Part shown: piece by piece, positions 50,842 to 62,303 of the stretch
Position numbering within the stretch: the stretch's first letter is position 1
How the letters are laid out: each line of letters opens with the position of its first letter
DNA from: Somniosus microcephalus
Lineage: Eukaryota
Reading direction: 5' to 3'
DNA: 64,000 nt
Assembly (NCBI GenBank): GCA_052327205.1
Contig: CM126215.1
Coordinates: forward strand, 107,694,001-107,758,000
Notes under the pieces: generated by a model
What the model saw: only the letters and a program-made list of their open reading frames with translations
Told to the model about the DNA's origin: nothing
Database searches by the model: none
Program-made: the position numbers and the translations under genes

Positions 50842-52656
50842 ATTTGGATGATCAGCCATGATCTCATTGAATGGCGGAGCAGGCTCCAAGGGCCGAATGG
50901 CCTACTCCTGCTCCTATCTTCTATGTTTCTATGTTTCTATATGTATGTTGCGGCCCGATGACATCGTTGAGACCCGACTGTAATTTTAACACAGGCCTGA
51001 GCGGGGAATCCACCTGGAGTTAAAATCGGGGCCAAATCCTTTGTGCATTGTTCAATGATCTGGTAGGTAAGCCTTGCAGAGAAAGCCTGGAGAATGTTAG
51101 CAAAGGAACATTAGCACAGGAGGTTATATCCTGTTCTTTTTTTAACGGAATCTTATTTCACAAGAGCACATGGCCGTGTTTAAGAAGGCTTACAGTAAAT
51201 TGCAAAGGTGACCACGTAGGGGTTTAATTTGTTCTGTATGTGAGATCTAGTGCACAAACTAACTGGACATTAAGTTGGCATTAATTTAGCAGACATTAAC
51301 GTTTACCCACTCAACTAATGTTGCCGCTGGGGTAAATATTTCTGATCCATGTTAATGCAAAGACCTAGGGGTCGATTTTAACTCAGATGCGGGCAACTGT
51401 CGGGTTCCCCGAATTTCGTGATTCCCACACGAATCTAAATGGATGTGTGAGATTGATGCAATTTTAACTCAATTGGCCAATTGATTTCCAACGTGTGGGA
51501 AGCCTTTGCAAATGGGTTTTTCATGACTGCAAATCCCCTCTGATGATGTCATCATTGCTGCTGCATTTAAGGTCCACAGCAAGCCTGGCTTCCTCTGCAG
51601 GCTTCCAAGCTTTCCCCTTATGATGGCACAGGAGCCTGCAGGAACAATGGCCAGTGGGAGGGCAAGAGCTGCGCCTAAATTTGATGAGGCATCACTGCAG
51701 GCATTGTTGGATGGGGCTAGGGTCCACAGGGAGGTCCTCTTCCCTTCTTCAGGGAGGAAGAGGCCTCCCAGTCAGACCCTGTGTAGCTACAGGTGGCTGG
51801 GGAAGTCAATTCCTTGGGGCTCACACGGCGCACCTGGATGCAGTGCAGGAAAAGATTCCATGACCTTCATCGCACTGGAAAAGTAACTATGAAGTTTCCA
51901 TCACCCTCAATCTGATCCCCATTGCCTTTCCTCACCAGCACTCAGCTTTAGCAATCTCTTCCTCCACATCCCACTTGACACTTACATCCATGCACCCTTA
52001 GCCATTCCCTCTCTCTCTATGCTCACATTCACCTAACTATTCGAGCATGCAGCCCTCACACTCCCTCTCACTCTGATGCTTTGAACACAACTGACAACAC
52101 ACAGGGAGGGCCCTTGGTCTTACAACCTCACTCCATCTTTGTCTCCTTCTATGTAGCTATGCTATGCAATCTCTACACTCACTCCTTCGTTCTCACTCAA
52201 CCTCCACTTATCTCCCTCATTGCAGGAGAAGAGAGCTCACAACAGGAGAGAGCGAGCCAGGACAGGAGGCGGGCCACCCTCATTAGCCCAGCTCACCCCC
52301 TGAGAGGAAGCCGTCCTGGAGATTGTCGGGGCTGATACAGATGTGGAAGTTGGGGAAGGACAGACAGGTGCATCCCCGCAAGCTGGTGACAGAATAGTTT
52401 TCCATCTCTCTCATTGACATTGCATGAGTCGCTGATAATGATTCTGAAGCTACATCATATGGACTTATGATCATCTGCAAAATGCAATGTGCATGTAACC
52501 TTGGCATCACAGCTCTGACTTTTTCCTTGACTCCCCCACAGGACCATCGAGAGCCCCCGTCCCCACTGTGCAGGAGGAAGAGCCTGAGATTCCAGACTCC
52601 TCAGAGGAATCTGCAACCTCTGAGGGCGCAGCGTCAGCAGAATTCAGTGCACCCAG

Positions 52657-53627
52657 TGTATTGATTTGTATGTGGGTTCAATGACGACACATTCATGAAA
52701 GAGAATGGGCTAGATTTTCAGTTGCTTGCGCCAGCAGTTAGCGCCTTAAGAGAAGTGATTTTCGGGCGCTATTCGTGTAGCGCCCGGGCGCAGCGCAGTT
52801 TGCGCCCCGCCCCAAATTAAGTTGCCCGTTAGCGCCGGCGCAAAGTTTAGCGGCCGCCCGGATGCACGCGCAGAAAATGACGTCACATCCTCGTGCAACG
52901 CCCTTTGGCCGCCCCGAATCCAAACTTCAGTCGGACCGCCCCATTCTGCGGCTGGCGTCCAGAGCGTTTGTAAAATGGAACGCAACACACCCTGGGGAGC
53001 GCAAATTAAAGGGCACTCCTCCTGCACTATAAACGGCAGTCTGCATGTGTTGTGTGGAAGGATCCAGTGTGTTGTTGTGAACGGTGTATTTATGTTTCCG
53101 ACCACCACCACCACCACCTCCTCCTCCTCCTCCTCCTCCTCCTCCTCCAAAAAAAACACATGCACCCTTCCCCTTTAAGAGCTCACTGGCACCAGAGTGT
53201 CTGCCGTGCGCTGCGCCCGAGCTCGGGCGCTGCGCTCTGCACCGCCGGCTTAGCGCCTAAAGATAGTAGTGGAACGCCTCTTTTAGCGCTCCACCAACCT
53301 CTTAGGGCGAAGCCACTGAATTTCCGGCAACGGGGCGCTACTTTGGGGCGGGCGCTAACTTCGGGCGGGCGCTAAGGTTATCGCCCCAAAACTGTCTATA
53401 CTGAAAATCTAGCCCAATGTCTTTTAACCTAAAGCTTGTTCATCTATGTTAACAGCATTACAGGAGACACCATGTTAGAGATCCATCTAAAACGAAACTA
53501 AAACTAAACTCTGCCTCTCTCACATGCCCTCTGCTGGTAAGGCATAAATAATCAAACAGGCAAATATGCTGGTAAGGCATCATAATCAAACAGGCAAATA
53601 CCATCACTATTTGCTGATATCATTACA
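52657..53627. mobile_element. Solo LTR (~260 bp net) in Myb exon 3, itself carrying a MITE
   Basis: TGTATTGA...TCATTACA termini; 5-bp TSD CCCAG (52652-52656, 53628-53632); internal duplication TGCTGGTAAGGCAT.ATAATCAAACAGGCAAATA. Confidence 0.8.
52707..53415. mobile_element. Harbinger MITE (709 bp)
   Basis: Perfect 16-bp TIR GGGCTAGATTTTCAGT / ACTGAAAATCTAGCCC; TSD AAT; (ACC)n(TCC)n microsatellite inside. Confidence 0.95.
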
Positions 53628-54861
53628 CCCAGCACCAGTGCAGACACTCACACCTCGGGGGGACCTTCGGGACATAGAGTAGTGTTGTCACCTGGTGTAT
53701 CACAACACACAAGTGGGCATCAGCAGATTGTGGAGACAGGGACAGCAGTGGAGAGTCCTTGTCGGAGGGCGCAGGACTCTGCCAGCTCGGCTCAGCTGCA
53801 TGTCGACCCTCTGCCTCTGGGTCCATCCATAAGATCAGAGGTGATGGAACTCCAGGCACAGATGCAGGAGTCTTTGGCAGGTTTTGTCTCCAGGGTCGCT
53901 GCGAGTATGGAGCGAATGGAGGAGTCCATAGCGAACATGAGCAGAGCCTTTGTGGAGTCAGTGGCGCATGAACGCATCAACACAGAAAGGATGGCTACCT
54001 ATGTGGAAATGATTGCTGCCTCCGTGGTAAGGCTGGCTACGGTAGAGGAGAGGAGGGCTACAGCCATGGAGGAGGTTAGTCACCAGGGTATGGAAAACAT
54101 GGTGAGTGTTCAGAATAGAATGACATCTCTTGAGGAGCGATGGGCATCTACTGAACAGAGAAACCAGACCTTCATGGAAGTCCTTCTGAGTAGGACTGCC
54201 ATTGCAGATACGGGTCCGCATGGCCCCCCTGATGTGCAGCAAGGTGCTCTCAAGCCACTTGCAGGCACGGAGGGGGAGCTGACCCATGAGAGGGAGGTTG
54301 GTAGCAGGCCTCAAGGAAGTGGTGGTTCCTCTCCAAGCGCTCACACTTCCATGCCACTGCAGAGCCCTCGGTCAGAGCCCCGCCAAAGTCCACACCCAAG
54401 TGAGGTAGACGTCTCAACCCCTGCACAGCCGCAGGAGCAACAGACTGCTGACAAGCCCTCACAGGCTCGCCACCCCAGAGGATGCCCGCCAAAGGTGTCG
54501 AGACAGGAGCAGCAGGAAAGTGAGCAAGGGGCCTCCACATTTGCTGAAGCTACAGGGGAATCACTACGTAGGAGCACGCGTAAGAGTAAAATAAAGCACA
54601 AGTAGTCACAAGGGTAGTCACTTGGGTGAAATGTTGTGTATATTGTAAAAATGCCATCAGTTGGTTCTTGTGCATAAAAATTCTGACGGCAAATGTTGCA
54701 GTACTGGCGTGTGTCATTTCGCAAATGGGGCTTTCACATTGAGGGCTTAGGATTACTTGCAGTTGTCAAGATGCTGGTGAAATAGCTAGGAATCCGCAGG
54801 GTTTGGCCATTGTTGATGCTCAGGTAAGAAGCTGCAAGGCAAAAGAGTTTGATTTACTAGG

Positions 54862-56090
54862 CTAAGCAAATCTGGTCAGGATGACTGCGTTCCTTGCATC
54901 CCGGGCAGCAATGTTCTCGCGTAATGCTGCCGCTGGTTGATGGGCCTCGGCAGGATGCTTGTTTTCGCCCTCCTCCTGCTCATCATCATCATCTGAGGAG
55001 GGTATGTGAGGAGCCACTTGGTCCTCAGGAATCTGCAAGCCACGACGCTGTGCCATGTTGTGGAGTGCACAGCAAACCACGACGATTCTGGAGACCCTGG
55101 CTGCTGAGTACTGTAGGGCTCCACCTGATCTACCCAGGCATCTGAAGCGCATCTTCAGCAAGCCGATGGTTTGCTCGATTATGGATCTGGTGGAAATGTG
55201 GCTGGAGTTGTAGCACTCCTCAGCTTCGTTGGTTGGCCTCCTCAACGGCGTCATTAGCCAAGTCCTCAGGGGATAGCCCTTGTCTCCAAGTAGCCATCCG
55301 TTAAGTTGGTCTGGCGGCCTGAAGAGCAGAGGCACACTAGACTGGCGCAGTATGAAGGAGTCATGACAACTGCCATGGTACTTGGCACAAACATGCAAAA
55401 TCTCCTTCTTGTGGTCACACACCAGCTGAACGTTAAAGGAGTGGAAGCCCTTGCGGTTGACAAAAATACCTGGATTGCGATGGGGTGCCCTAAGGGCCAC
55501 ATGTGTGCAGCCAATGACGCCCTGCACCCTTGGAAAGTCTGCCAGATGAGCTAATCCAACCGCTCGCGCCATCACATTTGCGTGATCCCTGGTGAAATGG
55601 ATTGTGCGCGAGGGCAAAGAGGGCATCGGTTACCTGCGTGATGCAAGTGTGTGCGGCCGACTGGGAGATGCCGCTGATGTCTGCTGATGATTCCTGGAAT
55701 GAGCCTGAGGCAAAAAAGTTGAGTGCGGTGGTGACTTTGATGGCCACTGGTAAGGAGTGTCCACCTGGTCCTCTGGGCAGCAGGTCTTGCTGTATCATTG
55801 CACACATGTCAGTCACTACCTGTCGCGAAAGTCGGAGCCGCCTTCGGCACTGCTGCTCAGTCATGTTGAGGTAGCTGACCCTGTGTCTGTAGACCCTGTT
55901 TGGGGGGGTATCTCCTGCGCCAATGGGCTTCCATGCGCTGGTCCCTTCTGGCCTGTGCTGCCTCAGGTGGGTGAGCAGCAGCCTGTTGCTCCTGCTGCTG
56001 CTGCTGTTGTTCCTGGTTCAGCTGCTGCTGCGCCTGGTGCTCGAGCTCATCTAATGCGCAGAAGGGAAGGAGAAAAATGGCTCCCATGCT
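54862..56090 (-). pseudogene. Harbinger #2 DDE transposase, frameshifted
   Basis: ORFs 55857..56135 (poly-Q N-terminus), 55490..55864 ([17 protein letters not shown]) and 54862..55626 (GVIGCTHV with first catalytic D>[24 protein letters not shown]). Confidence 0.9.
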
Positions 56091-56628
56091 TCTGGCATAT
56101 GCCTCCGCTGAGGAAGCGCTGAGTGAGGGTGGCAAGAGGGGGTTCCCAGGAGGTCATACTGGAGATGGGTGTGAGGCTCCAACCTTCCACAGGTGTGGTT
56201 AAGCCTTCTAAAAGTTGCTCCAGACCTGAGACAACAAAGTCCTGCCACCTGCAAATGATGGCTGATCAAATCTCCTCTTTAATAGTTGACCTGCAGCTCA
56301 TAGTCAGCAAGCCAATAGTGCTCCTGCCAGGTTTCACAGGCGTGATCCCCACCAGGCGTGTTTTACGTGGGAAAAGGGTTAAAAATGCAAGGGCCTGTTA
56401 AAATGGCATTATAAAGGCCAATTATTGCTGATTAAGGGCCTTAAAGACCAGTCCCGACTGTTGGAGGCGGGACTGATTCGGGACCATCAGACACGCCTGG
56501 GTTAAAATGGCTCGGGGTCGGGAACCAGGCGGGCGGGATCCCGCCCGCCAGTTTTAGCAATTTTAACCCCCCTGCACGCCTCAAAGCCCGCCTCACGGCT
56601 CAGTTAAAATCGACCCCCTAGTTTTAAT

Positions 56629-56834
56629 AACAACAGAAAATGCTGGAAAAACTCAGCAGGCCAGGCAACATCCGTGGAGAGAGAAATAGAGTCAACGTTT
56701 CAGGTCGAAACCCTTCATCAGGACTGAAACGCTGACTCTGTTTCTCTCTCCACGGATGTTGCCTGGCCTGCTGAGTTTTTCCAGCATTTTCTGCTGTTAT
56801 TTCGGATTTCCAGCGTCTGCAGTATTTTGCTATT
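56629..56834. mobile_element. Penelope-like element-derived palindrome with hammerhead-like core
   Basis: 78-bp inverted arms 56626-56703 / 56724-56801 (3 mismatches); minus-strand CTGATGA-AGG..CCT-GAAAC; flanked by a 14-bp duplication GACCTAGTTTTAAT. Confidence 0.7.
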
Positions 56835-57029
56835 GACCTAGTTTTAATGTTTGTTTTGTTGTTCACTGCTTGTGGAGATCAGCAATTAATGTGGAGCATC
56901 CAAATTTACTGAATATTTACTACATTCTCACATCTCTCATTTCAACCTGATGTCAAAACACAGGAGAGAGCTGGCAGAGTTTGATTGGTGAGCAGAACAG
57001 GAGCTAATGGTTACTTGGATATGCACTTG

Positions 57030-57142
57030 AAGGATACGGACCAAGTGCTGGAAAGTGGGATTAGGGTGGATAGCTCCTTGTCGGCCGGCACGGACAAGAT
57101 GGGCCGAATGGCCTCCTTCTGTGCTGTAAATTTCTAGGATTC
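57030..57142 (+). mobile_element. Short CR1 3' end
   Basis: GAAGGATACGG...GGCACGGACAAGATGGGCCGAATGGCCTCCTTCTGTGCTGTAA. Confidence 0.7.
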
Positions 57143-57149
57143 TTAATGG

Positions 57150-57860
57150 GGGAGTCTTTCAGTGAACTCTGCAGCATAAGCATTCTACCAAGCCTGTCGA
57201 TACTAGATACACAGGAGGAGGAGAAGGAAAAGAAACAGCAGGAGGAAGGAGGCTTTGAGGCCAAAAGAGGTGGACTTCAAGGCTTGGTACTTTCAGTCAG
57301 GATGAATGCTGCTGCCATGCCAGCTACCTTGCCCATGAGGGAAGCAGTGTGTAAAGAGGTTCTCCACCCAGATGGCACACTCAGTGCAAAGGGAAAGGAC
57401 TACTGCACTAAACTTCCATGTCACTGGATGCTTTTAGGTGCCAACAGGACACATCACCTGGACCAGCCAATATGCATAATTGAGGCAACAGATGCTCTCA
57501 TCCACCATGTGTGCATACACATCATGTTTAAGAATGGCACATAAAACCAGGTGGAGAGACAGACACAATTTTACCCATGATGTGGCATTGCCTGAGTACA
57601 AGGCACACTGTCAGTTGTCCGTCTGCAGGCAGTGCCCTCCCTTTCATCAGGAGAGAAGACTACTGCTTCTTCAACATTCACATGGCATGTGACTACCAGC
57701 CAGAAATTATAGAAGTGAATGTTCATTTTCTGGGGTGTTCTTATCTTGAGAAAATCAAGATACTGTTTGAGGGGGAAAACAGTATGCAAGGGTGGCTCTT
57801 GAGATATGGGTAACCCTTTCACACAGAATCATCAGACCCCACAGGAAAGGGCTTATATTA
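57150..57860 (+). pseudogene. Highly decayed Harbinger transposase remnant
   Basis: FFNIHMACD...EIIEVNVHFLGCSY (cf. SLNVQLVCD...VNARFPGSSH) and QGWLLRYG (cf. GWLLGDKGY) in the expected order. Confidence 0.55.
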
Positions 57861-58269
57861 ATACACATTCACAGGGCAAAAATGTAATGTAGTAGATCTT
57901 TGCCCTCTTGATGATTGGACCATTGTGTTGTTTTGCAGTTTGAGCTGAAGTGAGTTGGCAGAATAATTGTACTATGATGCCCGTTCACATTTTGCACACT
58001 CATTTCCTGCAGTCTGCTCTCCCACAGCTCAGTGGAAGTGCTGAGGCCCAGCCCCATGGGAGTGGCAGTGGTGCGATGGGTGCCTTTTTTTAAGTTTGTC
58101 AGAATGTCTGCTCCTTCGCCACCCATTCAACCAATACCCATCATGGGGCCAACAGATTAGCTGAGCTAGACTGCCCGGGCAGCAGACAAGGTGCAGCGGG
58201 CAGCAGTCGGGCCTTCACAGGCTCGAGCACCTAGATGTCATCGGTCACAAACATCTCAAGGGTCCCCAC

Positions 58270-58638
58270 TAGAGTTGCCAACCCTCCAGGATTGATGATT
58301 AATCTCCAGGAATTGAAGATTAATCTTCAGGATGCAAGCAACCCGGGAGAAAGATCCTCAGGGCATTAAAAATAAATTGACTTTTTTCATATTCTTTGAA
58401 CACTTACACTTATTAGTTATAAAACTGTTGGAGATGGGGTAAAAGGCTGTTTGACTGAGAATCAAGAATCGTCCAATCAGGTAAAAAAAAGTCTGTGCGT
58501 TTTCCCAATTGGTGTGGGAGGGCAGTGCGCCGTGGGGATGGACATGTTGGCTGACCAATGGCGGGAGTGTGGGGGCGGGGCAGGATGTCATGTGATGAAA
58601 CCTCCCGGAATACATCCAGCCAGAGTTGGCAACCCCTA
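58270..58638. mobile_element. hAT-type MITE (~370 bp)
   Basis: Termini TAGAGTTGCCAAC / GTTGGCAACCCCTA; 8-bp imperfect TSD GTCCCCAC / GGCCCCGC. Confidence 0.7.
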
Positions 58639-59087
58639 GGCCCCGCATGAGGAACGACAGCCTTCCACCAGCTCGGCTGAGGCCCCTAGGAAAGCACCTT
58701 CTAGGAGTAGTAGACTTTGTAAACCTTTGTTTCAGAAAAGCTCTATGGGTTGATCACTTGGGTGAGAAATGAATGGATGGGAATTATGATGTTTGCCTTT
58801 AAATTAATCACCTTTATCTCACTTGGCACTTTGTTCTGCAGTGTGGTTTAATAGGGGCTTAGGTCTTCATTGTCAGCATGTCATTGATATAGAGGTTATT
58901 TGAATGCTCTTTAATGCAGGGTGAAGGGAATGGTGAAGGATGTATCGAGGACTGTTATGCACTAGGGCTCTGTGTAAGTTCTCAGGACAGAGCAATGAGT
59001 AGCTCAGTGGAGTCGCTGAGCAAGGAGCCTGAACCTTTCCCAGTAGATCAATATTCCTAAAACTCCATACAATGTGAGGAGATTTCA

Positions 59088-59731
59088 GGCCCACTTTTAA
59101 CCCAGAGTGGGGAGAGTGAGGCAATGGCAAACCTCACCACCCCCGCTCCCCCCTTGTCCTCGGCAGCATGAGGCCTGGATGATTTTAACTCCTGGGGCTT
59201 ATTTACATGCCCTTGCTCGGTTGCCCATTCAGAACAGGCAGGAACTGGCAGCCAGCTGGCAGATGGTAGCGGAATGTCGGGCAGCAGGGGGCCGCTGGCC
59301 GGCACCGAAGGAATGGTTGCTGGCACTCAGGCAAGTCGCGGGGGGGGGGGGGGGCGGCGGTTTCAGTAGGGTCTTGCGGCAGGGAAGGGGGTGATCCCGG
59401 GGCAGTCCTGCTTCTTTTGGCCCCACAAGGAAAGTAACAAAAAAGTAAAAGTCTTAGCTGTCTGGCTACTTCGGGCCATGGCTACTCTTCTCGCTACCGC
59501 CACCTGGCGGGGAAGTCACAACAGCTTCCACGCTTGGGCCATCAGTTAGAATTGACGTCATCAGATTCTGATCTGCATATTTGAAGAGGGACCCCATCAT
59601 CTTCAAGCAGGCACCCTTGCCGCCTGCTCATAAGAGCAGGTTGAAATAGAAGACAGCGAGAACGGAGCGGGATGTCGGCGGGTAAGTGTCTTGGCTGATT
59701 GTAACGAATTCCACTGGGTGGGTAGGGTTAA
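59088..59731. mobile_element. Degraded GC-rich MITE of the TTTTAAC Harbinger family
   Basis: GGCCCACTTTTAACCC ... GGGTTAAA, internal TTTTAAC and TGACGTCA; right end cut by a SINE fragment. Confidence 0.45.
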
Positions 59732-60321
59732 AGAAAGACTTGCATTTATATAGCGCTTTTCACGACTACCAGACATCCCAAAGCGCTTTACGGCAAATGA
59801 AGTACTTTTGAAGTGGAGTCACTGTTGTAATGTGGGAAAATTGCCCTTTTCATCTGTGTTAATGACATAGTAAATACAATGGGAAGATTTCTGAGGAAAT
59901 GGTAAAAGCATATTAAAAGAACAGAGTTTGTTGAAAATGGTGACCAGAGGAAGTGGTCCTGCTTTGATTATGACATTACTAACACATAAACAGATGCTGT
60001 CTTCCTCTGATATTCTAAATGAAGTTTTACCAATAAAAGCTAAGATAATTTGTTTCAACATATAATCAAATAGCCTTATGATGCATCTCAGTACTTGACT
60101 GGTTTTATGGATTGGGTATCTGGAAGTTAGATACTTTGATTAAAATGCTAATAGTCACTCATTTCTTTTCCTTTTCTGTTTTTATGAATGGACATCCCTT
60201 CATCACGTTACATATACTTCATGGCTCCTCTTCCAATATACGAGCATCAAATCGGGCAGGCTGGTCTCAATGCACAAATTTCTAACATGTGTCCCGTTGC
60301 GTGAAACATCAGGAAGTCTTA

Positions 60322-61205
60322 GGGCGAGAAATTCGGTATCACCCCGTTTGGGGCGCAATTATCGGCCGGGCGCAAAGTTTAGCGCCTGGCGCTAATTATC
60401 GCCTCCGACTGCAAACATGGCTTCTATCGCCCCCAGAGATGATTGGAGCGCTAAATCAGGCGCTCCACACCTCTGTTAAGGCGCTAACGCAGAGGAGCGA
60501 GGCACTACCTCAGAGCACTGGCGAAGCTCCTGTGATGTCAGTTAGCGATGGAACACAGACACACTGGCGCTGGCCAGTTCTTAAAGGGGAGGGTCGATCT
60601 TGCTCTCCATCCACACCCTGCTCATTGCAGCCTTGAATCTTGGCCTGGAGAGACCTGTACATCAATGCTGCTGGAAAGAACAATGGAGAGGCCCAGTAAA
60701 AAGAGCTCAGAGTGCAGCCCCCATAGTCTCTTCTAAATTGATGCAAGGAAGGTCAAATCAAAATGAACCTGCAAAGTGCTGCTCAGTACCCAAAACTCCT
60801 TCACACAGCGTTGAATCTCTCCAGAAGTCAGCCTCTCTCTCTCTCAGAATGCGTGGTGCAAAAATGTCGTGGACAAAAAAAGGCAGGAAGCAGCCACCTT
60901 TAAATAGCACTCCCCCAGTCCCTTCCCGACTGCAAAACGTTCCCCTCTACTTGTCATTGCTAGCGGCAGGCGGAAAGGCAGGGGCCGCCAGTCAATATCC
61001 GGTCCTGGGCGTTGCACGCTCGACTGACGTCATGATCTGTGGGCGCAGGAGATCGTGGCGGTAGTGTTTAGCGCCGCTGCAAAATGTCTGGTCAATTTCG
61101 CGAGCGGCGCAAACATCACCGCGCCCGGGCGCTAGTTGCTTTGCGCCCCATTAGGGCCCTCTTAGGGCACTAACAGGAGGCGCTAATCAACCGAAATTTT
61201 CCCCC
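60322..61205. mobile_element. Harbinger internal-deletion derivative (884 bp)
   Basis: Termini GGGCGAGAAATTCGG / CCGAAATTTTCCCCC; TSD TTA; homologous to 31475-32372. Confidence 0.9.
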
Positions 61206-61299
61206 TTAAAGTCATAAAATTATTTTTAAAAATCTACCTCTATGTTAATGCAAGGCTTTTCTTTCGTTCCATTTATGCATTTAAAGTTTTATTCTTCTA

Positions 61300-61550
61300 T
61301 GGGGAGATGAGAATTTTTCCACTCCGAGAGTAGTCGGGATCTGGAACGCTCTACCTGGAAAGGTGTTGGGAGCTGATTCCACAAATAATTTTAAAAGGGA
61401 GTTGGACAGCTTCTTGAGGATGAGGAACTTACAGGGTTACAGACAAAAAGCGGGGATGTGGGACTAAGCATGACTGCTCTTTCAAGGAGCCAGCACAGGC
61501 ATGACGGGCCGAATGGCCTCTTTCTGTGCTGTAAGTTTCTATGACTCTAT
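61300..61550 (+). mobile_element. CR1 3' end fragment
   Basis: NFSTPRVVGIWNALP..V-like coding plus the CR1 3' hairpin. Confidence 0.75.
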
Positions 61551-62107
61551 ATAACAAGTTACTTTAGGAACAAGGTAAATTCATGATAATATGTGCACTA
61601 CAATCTGTTGCTTTCTAACATTGATGGAAATTGCAAATCTGCTCACTTACCATCTCCCTGGTGTATCAGTCTGTCAGACCACATCAAAATGCCTGTAGGT
61701 TGCCCATGAGTTTTAAAAGATACATTTTGTTTTCATTCCTAGTCACCTGAGGTTTGCATATTTATTCCACACTAATTAAAATGACTATTGGAGCTGCTTT
61801 AATAGCTTTCATTTATAGGAGCCCTCTGGAGGTTTCCTGATGTTAAGGACTACATTTATATCGGCAGCCTGAATCAACCCTTTAACTAGCCAGTGTATCA
61901 ATTTCTTACACACATGATAACAGGTGCTGCAATGTGCCAGTAATTACACTCTTGCAGTTATGTCGTTAGAATTCTTTCATCAGGTAATAAACTATCTATT
62001 TTTTTCTTCAGCATCAGTTGGCCCAACTACATCAGGAGTTAGTGAAGCAGCATTTCGTTTATTTTTTTTTTACAAGGGATACTACTGTACCTTATTCACG
62101 AACACAA

Positions 62108-62303
62108 CAGCAAAATACTGTAAATATTGGGAATCTGAAATAAAATAAAGAGAAAATGCTGGAAATACTCAGCCGGTCAGGCAGCGTCCGTGGAGAGTCT
62201 GTGACCTTGCTCCAGAACTCTGACGAAAGGTCACAGAGCTGAAAATGTTGACTCTGATGCTGCCTGACCTGCTGAGCATTTCCAGCATTTTCTCTTTTTA
62301 TTA
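62108..62303. mobile_element. Second Penelope-derived palindrome with hammerhead-like core
   Basis: Inverted arms AGAGAAAATGCTGGAAATACTCAGC.GGTCAGGCAGC / GCTGCCTGACC.GCTGAG.ATTTCCAGCATTTTCTCT; CTGACGA (62220-62226)...GAAA (62241-62244). Confidence 0.65.

Larger units (their letters stand above)
46418..50940 (+). mobile_element. Full-length CR1 LINE subfamily A (~4.5 kb)
   Basis: 5'UTR tandem repeats, ORF1, ORF2 (EN+RT) and (CTATGTTT)n tail; inactivated by an ORF1 frameshift, a TAG near 48173 and a deletion near 49040. Confidence 0.95.
46250..51033. mobile_element. Small Harbinger-type MITE (arms 46250-46417 and 50941-51033) split by the full-length CR1
   Basis: GGGAGCGATTTTAAC ... GTTAAAATCGGGGCC termini resemble the Harbinger #2 TIR; TTTTAAC repeats; TSD not matched. 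Confidence 0.5.
51647..54605 (+). pseudogene. Harbinger #2 Myb/SANT-like gene, 3 exons (~51647-51882, ~52226-52385, ~52542-54605), disrupted
   Basis: RARAAPKFDEASLQALLDG..REVLFP...RTWMQCRKRFHDL; exon 2 EKRAHNRRERARTGGG; same intron positions as #1; frameshift in exon 1, stop in exon 2, LTR insertion in exon 3. Confidence 0.85.
51368..56617. mobile_element. Full-length PIF/Harbinger DNA transposon #2 (5.25 kb including nested LTR and MITE)
   Basis: Perfect 16-bp TIR GGGGTCGATTTTAACT / AGTTAAAATCGACCCC; TSD CTA (51365-51367, 56618-56620); convergent Myb and transposase genes. Confidence 0.95.
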
